From NCBI GenBank assembly GCA_036172245.1, contig JAYWIR010000041.1, positions 1,488,001-1,552,000 of the forward strand: a stretch of DNA of 64,000 nucleotides, given 5' to 3'. Below the pieces are notes generated by a model that was not told the origin of the DNA, did no database searches, and saw nothing but the letters and a program-made list of their open reading frames with translations. This DNA comes from Raillietiella orientalis (lineage: Eukaryota). The number at the start of each line of letters is the position of its first letter. The first letter of the stretch is position 1. Position numbers and translations under genes: made by a program. This document shows positions 24,330 to 36,479 of the stretch, in pieces.

Positions 24330-25080
24330 TATTCCTCCCGTTGGTTTCCTTTATGTGGCCAAGATGTATGTGGGCGGTCCCTCACTGTGGTAGTGCCGCC
24401 CTGAATCACAAGCCGGCTTACCTCCCTCCCCTCGGAGTAAGTGAACATGCAGTGGGAACGGCAGCAATAGGATTTTTGCTGCCAGGGTCGCTGACGGCGA
24501 AACTTCCATTCTGCCTCGTTCTGTTCTATTCCGTTCTCTTCCATTCTATTGCCATGCTTCTTCATCTTCTTCATTTCATTCCATTCGATTTTTTCCCGTT
24601 CCATTCCAGTTTCGTGGAACCCACATAGAGTGCTGCCTCTGCGCTTCCATCTCCAGTTAGGCCGCATCGCATCTTGCAGATAATGCTGCTTTCCTCTTGT
24701 ACCTCTGAGTGCTTCTTTCGGCTTTCTATTCTGCAACTTCTGCGAGAGTGCGGCATGGGAAACCATGGAAACGCATTTGCGAGCGATAAGTCCTTGCAAA
24801 ACTCGGCAGATCTGGTCAGGAGACCACACACGATCCCCCTCCTTCATGGCTACAGACTCCTCTGCTTACATCCTTGCATTCTCTTTTCTTCTCTTCCACT
24901 TTATGGACGCCTAACTTCCCTGGTTTGTTCTTCCGGGACTCTCCAGACCCTAGTACGCAAGCCGAGGTGGTGGCGTCGCCACTCGCCAAAAAGTCGAACC
25001 TTGCCTGCTTGTTGCCGCGATGATTTCCCCCCTCCAGTCCGCTTCTCGACCGCAGTCGGTAGCTAACGAGCCAGCAGCCG
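24330..25080 (+). pseudogene. FBXL-like unit containing a TTCCA-type simple repeat
   Basis: LQIMLLSSCTS...ILQLLREC...FASDKSLQN (ORF 24674..25066). Confidence 0.55.
24505..24612 (+). repeat. Degenerate (TTCCA/TTCYN)n pentamer simple repeat
   Basis: ttccattctgcctcgttctgttctattccgttctcttccattctatt...ttcattccattcgatt...ttcccgttccattccag. Confidence 0.75.
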
Positions 25081-25980
25081 CAGCAGCAAGAGAGCATCGA
25101 TGGCCTTCCCGCCTGAAAGTGCTCGCCTTCGTGCAGGACGGTAGCCAGGCAACTCGGAACACGCGCACCCATAGACGTACGAAGGGGTTCTAGGCATCGA
25201 CAGTGCAGCAACAGAAATCGGCAAGGGGGAAGACGCCATCTTGCTCCGTTCCGGTGCTGGTGGATCTTCCCGCATATCGTTGCGGTGATTGTCTAGGCAC
25301 CCTTCTCGCGGGGAAGGGCGAAAGTCCGGGTCGGACTCCACGGACGCCCAGAGCCGCGACCCCGCTTCGGATGAAACGGGAAGATTGGGCCCTAAACCCG
25401 TGAGCTTACTGACCTTCGGCAGTTTTGCGGGCGCGTTGGGTTCTCGAGTCACCCGACTTCCAGTTGTCAGTGTGGATCTCTTCTGCCATCTACCAAGCCG
25501 AAACGCCATTGCTCATCCACTGGTGCAGCGCGCGGCGTCCTCGGGAGAGGAAAAAGTTCCGCCCTCTCTTTGAGGCAGTCCGCCGTCCTGCCCGCTCCCT
25601 GAGTACCGGACAGTCCCCATGGAGACCTTAAGTATCGTCTCGGGCACGCGCCGACGAGCGGCACCCCTCTGATCTGGAAGGTCACCCTGCAAAAAATGAC
25701 TCCGATGGAGAGTCCCTGGCAGCGGGAGATTCCCACGGTGCTCGTGTGTGGGCAGAAGTGACCGAGGCGTCGTCTTCCGGACCCTTGCTGAGCAGCCCTT
25801 GCCAAGCCCCCTGTGACAGAGCGGTGGTGTACAGGCGTGCGGCAGCCTCGCCGCCAGCAGGTGCGGTCATCCACCACGAAAGCCATGCCGGCGTTAGCAG
25901 CCGCTGACGAGGCACGGTGGTTGAGGGTCGCTGCAACCTCCAGCAATGCTACCGCGTTCATTGCATGTCTCACTTGCCTA
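25080..25980 (+). pseudogene. FBXL-like unit, GC-rich
   Basis: VLVDLPAYRCGDCLGTLLAG (ORF 25203..25403) ~ VVENISKRCGGFLRKLSLRG. Confidence 0.6.
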
Positions 25981-26160
25981 TATTCCACTCCATTACATTT
26001 TGTTCCATTCCATTCCATTCCATTCCATTCTGTTCAATTCAGTTCTTTTCGATTTGATTCAATTCTATGCTACTTGATTTCCAATTCTGTTCTATTGCAC
26101 TCCATTTTGTTCAATCCATTTCCTCACATTTTGTTTTATTTCGTTCTGTATTTCCCGTGA
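25980..26160 (+). repeat. (TTCCA)n-type pentamer simple repeat
   Basis: tattccactccattacattttgttccattccattccattccattccattctgttcaattcagttc... with 5-bp periodicity. Confidence 0.85.
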
Positions 26161-26400
26161 TCTCGTTCTGAGCAGTACCGTTCCAACGTCTCTCTGAAAT
26201 CAGGAGGACCAATTAGGCCGACCACGTGTTCATGGAAGCTTCTACCGAAAGAGACTGCTCAGCTATAATGAGTCAGCAGGTGCTAAGTCTGGCCGACAAG
26301 CTGGTTTCTGGAAACGTCCTGAGTCCACTCTTCTGCCCTTGAGTCGAATTAAAAATTCGTCTTTCTTCTACAAGACGAATCACTAGAGATGAGAAAGAGA
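26160..26400 (-). pseudogene. FBXL-like 5' fragment
   Basis: FQRDVGTVLLRTR (26199-26161) ~ FQRDIEGRVVENI. Confidence 0.6.
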
Positions 26401-27300
26401 ATTCTCAGAGCCAGTCAGGAGACCAGCTTAGAGGAGAAGACCGAGGAATTCGAGTCGCAAGAGCCGAAAGTTCCTGATTCTTCCGCTTGCCTGATGAGGC
26501 GTTACGAGCGTAAGGCGATGTGTCCTCTCGAAATTGCGATGATATGTCATGTAACAGTGGTTCTGATTTTAAGTGGGAGCATACCTCACATCTTCGCTGC
26601 CACTGAGATGCATTTGTGCGCTCGTGCAAGGGATATCTCCGAAACCGTGGAGTGTTGATCACTCAAACCTGAAAAGTGGAGGCATGGTTTCGATGGATAG
26701 CATCCCCGCATGAGATGAGCTGGATCAGAGTGATGCATTGTGATGAAACAGAAAAAAGACGTTTCGGATGAAGATGAGATCTTTCAGACCAAGATAAGGA
26801 TTCGCTAATGCCGGCGACGGGCGGAACGGAACTTTTCTGGTCACGGAGAAAGCGAGCGAGGAATTCCAACGGTGATCATGAAAAAGGAACCGAGAAGTGT
26901 AACCTTTTTCAAGACGACTGGGTAACAGGATGCTAATAGAAAAACAACTGGACCAGGATGCAAAAGAAAGGTCACAACATCCTTACAACCCAGGGCGCAA
27001 TCGCCAATGTGGGTCCATGCAGTGGTCGCCAAGCAGGTCGAAAGAAGCGCGCTTTCAAACCGCTTTAGGAAGGCCCCGAAATTCTCCACCCGCCATGAAC
27101 TCAGGCTATTAGAAAGCTGCAGAACTACAGCCAGACGAAAAGCTGGAACGAAATCAAATGCGTTTTCCGACATCTTGCTCCAAGTACACCAACTGCACAC
27201 ACCACAGCCGCCTATTTCCTTTTGCTCAGTGTCTGCATTGCCAGGAATCGAAGTGTTTCGTGTGCATCCGAGTGAGTGTGCATGCTGATTTCATTGCAAC
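26400..27300 (-). pseudogene. FBXL-like unit, near full length
   Basis: TWSKMSENAFDFVPAFRLAVVLQLS (ORF 26841..27200); RLFSVSSQCITLIQL; HLKSEPLLHDISSQF...LATRIPR ~ ELDNCPLITDASLEH...LRTHLPN. Confidence 0.65.
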
Positions 27301-27309
27301 TACCCCATA

Positions 27310-27860
27310 GACTTCATTTGCGGACTATTCTGGTTCCATGGCAATTGTCTCCATGAATATCACGATCGGAAAGCTTCTATGTCAGAACGCCGTTGCTGTG
27401 GAGTTCGCTTTCAAAGATTTTCAGGGGAACACGCGTCTTTCCTGTTGAATGCATCTCTTTGGAGTGCATGAAAATCGGAGCCTCATTCGGTTGAGCCGAA
27501 ACTCAAGCTGCATGAGCAGAAGAACTAATGGATTAATGTATCAATTCCTCAATGCCTACGGATTCAGCACAGATCACCTTGAGCGTGGATACCACATGGA
27601 TTTTTTCCAGCATGTTTTTTTTAAGACAAGAGCTCTCCATATCTTGTGTTTCATATTCTCAGATAAAAATAACGTGTGGATCACGTTTTCTCTTTTTATT
27701 TGCGAATATTCCTGTCATCCGTGGGTGATCTTAAGGGATTTTCTCGCAAATGCCCGAATTCAATGTCGTTCTTTGCCTCTTTTTTCTTTTTGATTCCACA
27801 TAACATTTTATTTATGTGCCCGCTCCCTCAAAGGTATGAACAGAGACAGGGCCAGGCATA
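27310..27860 (+). pseudogene. FBXL-like 3' half
   Basis: NRSLIRLSRNSS...QFLNAYGFSTDHLERGYHMDF...LFICEY (ORF 27449..27793). Confidence 0.55.
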
Positions 27861-28920
27861 AAATCAAATGGTTCTAGATATTTTCATAAATGTGAATTCA
27901 TGACACGCAGTAGCAGCTCTGCAGTCACAACGATCCTCTAAGGAATTCTTCTTCCATTACGTGAATTTCGATTTCAAGTTTCACAGCAATGTGAAAGGAA
28001 TTCGGAAAAGTGATCACCATCTACCGAAAAGCATCCATAGCTTTGCTGCATAATACAATATCTGTACTCATAAGAAGGCACGTAAGGTACGACTTTATGC
28101 TTACTGTACGTGTGTTGGTATGTCGCTACCATTGATGTAGGACTGCTTTTGCTTAAGGTCTGCCTGCATAATTGAAGGGATTTTTTTTAGATGCACTCAA
28201 CCACAGTCACACTCGTTCGACGAATTCCCTGAAAAGATCACAGAGGTAACGTTGACCCGTTGGAGTTTCCATGGTTCAAGGAAGGCAGCCGCTTTCAAAA
28301 TACTGATCTGAAGTGTGAACATCGAGGAATCAGCATCCAAGTATCAGAAATAACATGTCATTGCATCATGTGCTCTGCTGCCAAGTACGTCAGAAACCTG
28401 TGAAGTTGCATCAAAGCCTTCTAAAACACACTGGTATTCGGATATTAGTATAGCGATCGACTGAACATCCTGATGCTCATTTTCAAGAGGGGAAGGCTGC
28501 TCCGTAAATGGATTTGAAGACTCACGGATACTCTGTTCTCAACAAGGACCAACTGCATGAAACTCTGCGGGAGTAAACGTATACAAGCAAAAAAATAATG
28601 CATGGACTAAATAATCAGCTTCTTTCGTGTACAGAGGCGTGGAATAAATGGAACCAACACTTCCCGGATTGCCTCTTCCCTCTATTTCAGATCGTGCAAG
28701 CACTCGATGACCGCTGGTTTTCGATGACGCTGACTGCCTTCTGTGCGATTCTGTACATTTTCTTGCCGGCGCTGCTGCGCTCCTGAAGTGGTGAGGGAGC
28801 GGAACCTTGGCCAAAACTTCACCAAACAGAGCTGCGAATGGATCTGACAAACTGCGATCGAATTTCGGAAGAAGGCTTTGCAGAAACTGCAAAGAGCTCA
28901 TTGCCGAATGTCATCTAGGA
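27860..28920 (+). pseudogene. FBXL-like unit, F-box to C-terminus
   Basis: VLDIFINV; EKITEVTL; LTDTLFSTRTNCMKL; SCKHSMTAGF ~ RCSHLTDAGF; ELRMDLTNCDRISEEG...LPNVI*. Confidence 0.65.
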
Positions 28921-29850
28921 GGCTCTCGTTTGAACAAGAGCGTGGAAAAACCTCTCTTCGGTTTCAGCAGTCAGCAAATGCCCAGGGTCACAAATCCTCG
29001 ATTCTGGTTCTTCATTAATCATCATGAAGATAGGGGATTCACTCATGAATCATCATCTGTGATTAGCATAAAGAGAGAAGGGTGGATGTACGAAGTAAAA
29101 ACAGGAGAGTAATGCGCTGAGCAAATTTACTACAGATGGAGCTCATTAAAAATTTTGAATCTTGTCACCTGATTCTTCAATATCCGCTTTGCTTTATTAT
29201 GTACTCGTGGGGGTAAATTCTCCAAGCTAATTTGTAAACCCCTGTATCCCTGATGCATGCCCTTAAGCGGACTTCGTAAAACAACCTACATGAACTCGGT
29301 AACTCCATAGGAGCAACAGTCTACAGGATCTTCGAATCCATAGTTATCAGTTGTCTGAAGAGCTCACTTGCTGATCAGGTCGGCGGTGTATTTCATTTCC
29401 GTATAAAGGCAATGTTTGTTAGCAAACTGTTTTATGGAGCAGTATAAAAACAGCTTCTGCAAATTGCATACATTCCGGAAATGAAGCCTCGAGCATACAA
29501 TTGGGGCTTTGATTTTTGCTTAATTTTGAGAGTTTCCAATGATTTCAATTGCATTCACTCTTTCTCCTGGATCTATGGCGGCAGCATCTCTTCATTTTCC
29601 CATGCTTCAAAAACGTCACTCCGTACCAAGCTGAAGACCGTAACCACAGCTTATTTTTTCTGAAATTCTGACCATGGCTGGCGTAAGACAAGGAGACGTT
29701 CAGGATAGGAAAAAAATTATCGGATTCTCATCCTAATGAGATCATCCAGCCGGATGTCAGCCATGCATATTTTTGCTGCATTAAGTGGAGCGGAAAAAAG
29801 AGGGAAATTCGAGAAAACACCTCTGGTCACGAATAACATCATGAATGATC
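28920..29850 (+). pseudogene. FBXL-like unit
   Basis: KPLFGFSSQQMPRVTN (ORF 28807..29112); SLRTKLKTVTTAYFF (ORF 29481..29663). Confidence 0.45.
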
Positions 29851-30760
29851 TCGAAACACCATTCGACCTCACTCGTAGAAATTTTCCAAATTTCTTAAAA
29901 TTAATGAGAAGCATCCATTGGAATAGTGGATTTAAATGCTGTGGTAATAAAACCGACTTTGTAGATCGTTTTCTGCATATTTTACATATTCTGTCGCTGA
30001 GATTTCACGAACATTCATCTCCATGTTGCTGTGGGCAGATCTCTGAATCTCTGAAGTCATTTTTCAGTAGCAGCAAGAACAGAAGCGTCTGAATCCATGC
30101 AATAGCGAGTCAAATATTTGGTCATCCGCACATGCTGGGAAGATGATAGATGGTAGCATATGATTTCAGAAGGGTCACATATCTCACTTAAGGACTCGGA
30201 GGGATTCTCGCTTTCAGTGACTCTGCAGAGAATTGCGAGACTTTTAAGACTCTCTATCGGTAGTTTGAATTTCCAAATTTAATCTTTTCAGGGAAATCAA
30301 TGCATTCCACAAAGGTGGCCGAATCGCTTATCGCTAATCGCGATTCACTAACCATCATCATCACTGATAACTGTCGCTGTCATTGAACAAAGGTAATGCG
30401 TCATGTTCTCCTTTCGACGATATGCCAGCACATGTGAAGTGACGGAATCTATGGAGTGAAAGTTGTGCTAGCAAACACCCCCCCATATTTCTCGTTGAAA
30501 ATCATCTGCGATGGATGCATTCCACGAAATACACTTTTTCACAATTTGTGTGGCTAATCGACATCTTGATAGATACTTGGTAAAAATAGGTAAGCTGTTC
30601 CACTCAAATGGCGTTACCACAACCAGTTTTTCGAAAATCCAGAAACGTTGCAACAGATCGGGCGAGTGACCAGGGTGACCACTGAAGCATCTGACACCAA
30701 AACGCCCAGGTAAACAATGATATTATCAGGAAAAAGGCAGTGTGGAGAAGAAGGAAAAAA
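29850..30760 (+). pseudogene. FBXL-like unit (weak)
   Basis: NFPNFLKLMR...FKCC F-box-like start (ORF 29736..30092) followed by LRR-like periodicity. Confidence 0.35.
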
Positions 30761-30769
30761 AAAAATGAA

Positions 30770-31440
30770 GAAAGGAACTTCCAAACGGGGTCGGGAGTCT
30801 GCGTTTTTGTTCCTTGGCAGTTTTCTCAAGGAAAAGGTTTAGATGATGTTTCAGATTGTTGGGATGTTTTGATAAATTTGAAATTTCAGGATGTCAGGAT
30901 TTCCATTCTGACCTATTTCTCCATCCATACTTCATTAAGGTTTCCATCAAACCACTGATCTCGTGCCAAAGAACCGTGATGCATAGCTCTGGTTGAGTTA
31001 TGGGCTCATGACCCTAGATGTCATACCACCTCCACGATTTCAACCTCTTCCCCTTAGCAGCAGGATGCAAAAATTCTTTGTAGATCATGGGAACACAACA
31101 TGATTCCAACATAAATATATTGGAATCAATCCCTCGCGCAATAAGATGTAAATTTCCTCATTATTTTTGTTCTCAACTGAATGTCAGTCACTCAGAATGC
31201 CACTTCCTTGATAGGTAAACATTTTGAACCACTTTCGTATTCTGCTTTTGTACTTTGAATCATTCTTAAGATTGCTGCCTTAGTGTTCATATGAGTTTCC
31301 CAAGAAAGGTGGTGATTCACGTGCTCTTACATGCCATGTGGCGCGTTCCTGCTACTAGGCATTTTCAGACTCTGAATTCCTTGCTTGAAGCGTAAGAGAA
31401 ACCCTATCGCTGATAAATGCTCCAGCAGTCATTCAGGAGT
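30770..31440 (+). pseudogene. FBXL-like unit
   Basis: NFQTGSGV (ORF 30740..30958); LGSFLKEK ~ CGGFLRKL; RETLSLINAP. Confidence 0.5.
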
Positions 31441-32092
31441 GCATTCTGGCGGTTGGAACCACGGTCTGGATGAGTGATGTACCACCCGACACTCAGGATG
31501 ACCTTCTGATGTCCTGTCACGGAGGCATCCTGAGCGGCACGAGGACGAGGCACTGGTCAGGCAACGCGCAAGACGAGATGTGCACGGCCTGTGGAGCCAG
31601 GGAAACCCAACTCCACGTACTCACCTTCCCGACACTGCGCCGGGACTGGGCCAAGCTGGAGGGGGTGACAGGCCCGCAGAGGATGGACAAGATGGAGATC
31701 CTGGCAGGGATGTTTGAAAGGAACGGCAACGATGTTCCTCGATGCAACCCAATGGTCCGCATCACCATCGCCCTCTTTATCACGAGCGTCGTGGTGGGAA
31801 GGGCAAAAATGCGGACCGGAATAAACAGTGCGCCAGCTGGGGAGATACTGAAAGGTTTAGTGAAGAGGAAAATTGGGATCGGACGCATTCCCACCTGGAC
31901 GTACCCGTTGCATCCTGCAAAGGATTCGGGAACCTTGTCGAGTAAGTGAAATCCCCGTGCAAACGCAGTGACTGGATGCCCCAAGACCAACCCTGAAAGT
32001 GAAAAACAGTGAAGACCAGCGACATGGACCAACGCATATATGAATGAAAGTAGAAAATAAATTCACCCCACCGCAAGTCGGACTGGGGAAAA
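31440..32092 (+). mobile_element. Short 3' fragment of an L1/Tx1-clade non-LTR retrotransposon
   Basis: ORF 31470..31949 with zf-RVT-like HGGILSGTR...CTACGARETQLHVL...W; 3' UTR ending aataaa-hairpin-aaaaa. Confidence 0.8.
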
Positions 32093-33620
32093 ATGGATTC
32101 AGGCCACAGGTCTTTTCAACTATACATCGCTCACTTAAGTCAGGACTTCCTGCTCTTGAGGAGAGCGCGACGGCATCATCACCTCTTACAGAGCAGCATG
32201 CACGACACTGAACTGCGAAGATTTACTACAATGTTCACAATTCGGGGTAGCCATCACCTTCGCCCTCGAGTCACTCAGGATGTGTAAAGGAAGCTGAGCT
32301 AGGCGACAGCCACCTTTGCTCCATAGGTGCAAGAAACACGCTTTCCTGTCGAATGACATGTGAATTGTGAATGATGGTTGGTGAGAGCGAGTTAAGTTTA
32401 GATCTTTCACTCGCTGGTTCATTCGCCTTTCCTTCGAATCCCATCCACTTCGGGGCAGTTCCGAGCTTCCTTCTCTTCGTGACTTCAAATTAGCTCTAAT
32501 TGTATGAGAGTTATAATTGCAGTTATCATATGAAGGTCTTTGTTGCATAATTTCAGTGGTACTAAAACCAGTAGTACTGGATCAAAAAAAAAATGGTCTT
32601 CGGTGCATGGCTGAGTTGGACTTGCAGTCCTCTGCGAGAGCTTCGAAATGCATGAATTTGCAGGATTTCCTCTCTTTCTTTGTAAGGAGAGGTGGCTCTA
32701 CTCACAAGGTCTCACCCTTACCAATTGGATCATGTCCATAAAAAGCGGAGAACTCCTGATTTCTTCCTCCCTCGGTAAATCAGCACCATTTTCATCGATG
32801 AGATTTTATCTTTCTTGTCTGTTTTCCGTTATTCCAGAATTCCTTGAGGATTGCCGACTGAGGGCCGCGAGCGGCTTTCAGTCACCATTTGAGCAAAAAA
32901 GGGTTTCCAGTCGACTTTGGAGAGTTAACGCACATGGGCTCTGAACTACAATGTCCACAAAGCAAACAGAGATCGAACCTCCATTTCAGAAGCTGCAGAC
33001 GGAAACACTCCGCACTTTGTTTAGAAGAACTTTAGCAAGGAGATTATTAAAAAGGGTTAGAATCTCTAGAAAATGTTTTCAAATAGCACGCGCGTCTTCG
33101 AACCGAAGCTGAAGAGTGAAGCAGATTTTGCAAATCCGGAAGTTCCTACCGCCGCGGTTAAAAAATTGTCAAGGAAGATCTAGCTGAGAACTCCTGAATT
33201 TGGTCATGGAGAGGGACGTAGAACAGAAGGCCGGGATTAGCAAGAAATCCTTTCAACATGTATGGGGGAGCTAATTTGGAAGAGGACACGGACGCGAAAT
33301 TGAAAGTCTATTGCCACTCCTCTACTTGGGGATTTCGAGACTGGTAGGACTTATGAAGGATCTGCCCGCGGAGGGCATGATGGTCATGGCCAGGCAGGTG
33401 GGTTCTTTCATATACGAGCAGCCAATCACAAAATAGCTCATCTAACCTTGGAAGCTTGCAAATGGCATCTCATCCCAGCAGTAGCTTTGGTCTCGCTCTG
33501 ACGAGTGAAGCTAGGAAACTGCAAGAGCTAAGAAAGAATGGAGCAGTGTCCACATGATGGACATGGGAAGCCTAGAGAAGGTGAATAGTTTAAAGATAGG
33601 AAAATCAGTTTCGGAAACAG
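32093..33620 (+). pseudogene. One or two FBXL-like units
   Basis: LYIAHLSQDFLLLRRARRHHHLLQ...RRFTT (ORF 32093..32287) ~ LCVSKCADLTDLTLLSLSQHNHLL...RNFTD (insect FBXL20, recalled). Confidence 0.45.
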
Positions 33621-33829
33621 CAGCACTGGTGTTGTCTTCAAAAAAAAAAAACGAAAAAAATGACAAAACATAACGGGAAAAGCGAAGAATTAAGAATGAA
33701 AATTGTTCGTTTCAAAGATAGCTGTCTTTTAATGCCTGTTTGCCTACTCCCAAACGAGACCAAAATTTCAAGAGTAAAGCGGAAGCAAAATGAAAATGGG
33801 AAAACTGGGGTATACGCGCACTCCAGTGA

Positions 33830-35200
33830 ATTTTTTATGCCTGATGCCCCAGCCATTGCTAACACCACCCCATCTCCGTCTTCCAGAATTTCCTTGCGCA
33901 GAATAAGCTACGACACGAAGCCGCTTGCCTCCCAGCTTCCGATTCTAATGTAGGGCTGCGGAAAAGACTTCCGATGACAAAGGAATGGCTGTAATTCTCC
34001 TCCTTGAGTGCATCTTTAACGTGGATGTACATTAGATTCGGAGTCAGAAAGGAATGGAGAAGAAAGATTCTGATGGCTCTTGCATCATTCTGAGGTACCA
34101 TCCGATTGGTCAGATTATTGTGTGTCATCGTTTCTGAAAACCACATCACTAAAATCAATTCCTAATAAAAATTATTAGTCTCTTCTTGGAGCAGGGCTTA
34201 TGGCACCATTGAAAACGACAGCAATATTGAGTTGCTGTTCTCAAACCAAACCCCCAAAGTATAGAAAAGACACTGATGAAAAGAATGAAAGTTTTAGTTC
34301 CCATTTAGTTTCCTGGACAACAGCTTGCAGCTTGATTACTTTCATCTTCAATTTGTTTCGGCTTTGCATTTCAATAACTTCACAGGTATTTATCAAGAGT
34401 GGAAGTTCCTCTCGTGCAAGGATAGAATTTTTGCCACTGTTCAGTTATTTTTCTTGAGATTCCGAGATTTGAAGCCTTTCAAAAATCTTTACAGCTGCAA
34501 GCAGTGAGATTGAATGGATTCATATGAAAAAAAAAAAAAGGAAAGGTCAATAGACGACTATGCAATGGAAACCTCTTTTCTGCAAGTAGTTTTCCAGTAT
34601 CAAGACCATTCGCTAGCTCAGGGATGATGGCATGGACCTGCTTGCACTTCCTTTTGCAGCGGATACCAGTTCGAGGGAGTCGCTCTCATTTGTTTTTATC
34701 TCCTTAGAAAGTTCCAATACTCTGACCTTATTGAATGTAAAACGAAACTTTTAAACACTCCAGGAGTTCGCAGTCGTTGCTGCCTTTACCAGTGCTTTCT
34801 TCAAACAAGACATGGAATTTTCGCTCTCGCTGGTGTATGTGACTTCTGCACTCCACTTGAACAACGAGGTAGTCGAAGAAGCAAAGAAAGAACATTCAAA
34901 CCAGATGTCCCTTCTCTCATCTTCCACACCATTTGAGAGATGCTGCTAATATCATGAGCCACGATTGCTTTTGCATCTGCCAACGATTGTGTTTTCCTTC
35001 CGAAGACTTTGGCATGTAAACTGGACTATCTAGCGGATGCAGAAATCATCGGGCGTTTTCTGGAACTCACAGATACTTGACCACGTTCCAAAGTTTATCC
35101 ACAAAAATCTCAATTCTTGGATTGGTGTTCACTCTTGGAATACTATGCCGTAGTCTGCACTGAGTGAATGAAAAACTGGTGGTAGAATCATTATTTTGTA
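33830..35200 (-). pseudogene. FBXL-like unit, near full length
   Basis: DKLWNVV; TCQSLRK; ISSISQMVWKM (ORF 34801..34983); KQIEDESNQAASCCP ~ TQLEDEALKYIGAHCP; PNLMYIHV. Confidence 0.7.
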
Positions 35201-35219
35201 TTCCCAGTCAAAGAGTTTG

Positions 35220-36200
35220 AAATAGTTTCAGTATATCTCAGTAGCTACATAGATCTTGCTCAAACGCCTTGCAAGAGTCGAATCCAAGTAAATCTGCAAG
35301 ATGCTGTTTCCTCCACGCTACTCTTATGTGGAGCTCACTCTTTGAACTTTTCAAAGCGATCAGCACGCTGACTGAACAACAGAATTAAATAATTAAAGGC
35401 GTTCTTGCATTTCAGTTAAAATTCAAAGATAGGTTAGCACCCGAAAGATGAAAATTCACAGCTTCGTACTCAGAGAACATTCACAAGAAATTTGAACCAG
35501 TTCCTTTCAAGTGACCTCGAATCTCCTAGTCTCCATGGCAACCGTCACGCTACATGCCCCCAGTTGAGAACTAGACAGAATGCGGGATTTTCTCTTTGCA
35601 ACTATCTTTTTTGGCTATTGCCTTTTTTTTACGGCGAAATCACGTAACATTGCTCCGAGGTTTGTGCGCACAAGATGGATGGGTCCTGGCTACTAAGCTT
35701 CTTCCTTCTAATGTTCTGCTCATCAAGCTTCTTGCCACAAGAAAAGGAAACCATGTTGTCCTCAAGTTAGTTTTCGACGTGAATCACTGATTCTCCACTT
35801 CAATCTCTTTCATTAGATACATTGTCAAGGAAACGTCTCATCTTTGTCATCGCTCCTTTATGCGTATGTTGGAAACGAAACTCCGACACTTTTATTTTTT
35901 TTTTTCGTACCAATTATCCTGCCTTTTGGGAGAGTCAGAGCGTAGAGATGGAGAGCGTTTCAGAACTTTCGCAAGGATGGAATCTTCGAGACACTTGACA
36001 CTACTGTTCAGAAGGAGAGAGAAAAATGCAGAATTTTGCATTAGTGCCCTGTTTATTTTAGAATCAGCACCGAGGTATCAATTAAAATTTCCATCTAACT
36101 ATGCAAGACACGGAAAATGTGAATGACAAAACAAAAATCTTCAGCAGAGTTTTGGTCCGAATCCTGATGCTGATTCTGATGGTGCAAAATCACCGCCTTT
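35220..36200 (+). pseudogene. FBXL-like unit
   Basis: QDGWVLAT (ORF 35596..35790) ~ ENGVEALAR; nucleotide homology to the minus-strand unit at 37738-37868. Confidence 0.5.
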
Positions 36201-36285
36201 GAAATGGAAACTCGAATTCGCGATGAAGAGCTTCTTATTCTAAGAAAAGCTTCAGAAGTTCTGGGAATTCTAGTATGTAAGTATG

Positions 36286-36319
36286 CACTTTGATCTTAGC
36301 CAAAAGGCTGAGAAGCGAT
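36286..36319 (-). ncRNA. U2: U2 snRNA 5' fragment (34 nt; truncated pseudogene)
   Basis: Reverse complement atcgcttctcagccttttggctaagatcaaagtg matches the U2 5' end ATCGCTTCTCGGCCTTTTGGCTAAGATCAAAGTG with one mismatch. Confidence 0.9.
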
Positions 36320-36479
36320 GGTAGAAGTATTATGGTAGATTGCAGCGAATTTCTTGCAACAAATCCATTTTTTTGTAGATGCTGCCTTGGTAGCAGCAGA
36401 TGCGCACCTTCGATTCCCGATTGCCTAGATTTCCAATCAGGTCATTTCTAGTGCGAGTAGTAATCATGACTTACATGTA

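Noticed and set aside
23090..25980. DIRS/Ngaro tyrosine-recombinase retrotransposon on the minus strand (WLADRLARM, DFLASG...LGVHKVEEK, LRHPRTAS)
   Set aside because: No intact YxDD or RHRY motifs; the plus strand gives ordered FBXL20-like matches (RCGDCLGTL, ALGMRIP..AGC, VCGQLAD) that explain the region better.
26860..27200. Tc1/mariner N-terminus on the plus strand
   Set aside because: Only vague similarity and no TIR; three consecutive minus-strand ORFs follow the FBXL20 order.
27830..28690. Spliced multi-exon FBXL gene (gt..ag candidates near 27834, 28190, 28572, 28690)
   Set aside because: F-box-to-C-terminus distance already equals about the CDS length, and stops and frameshifts lie within the putative exons.
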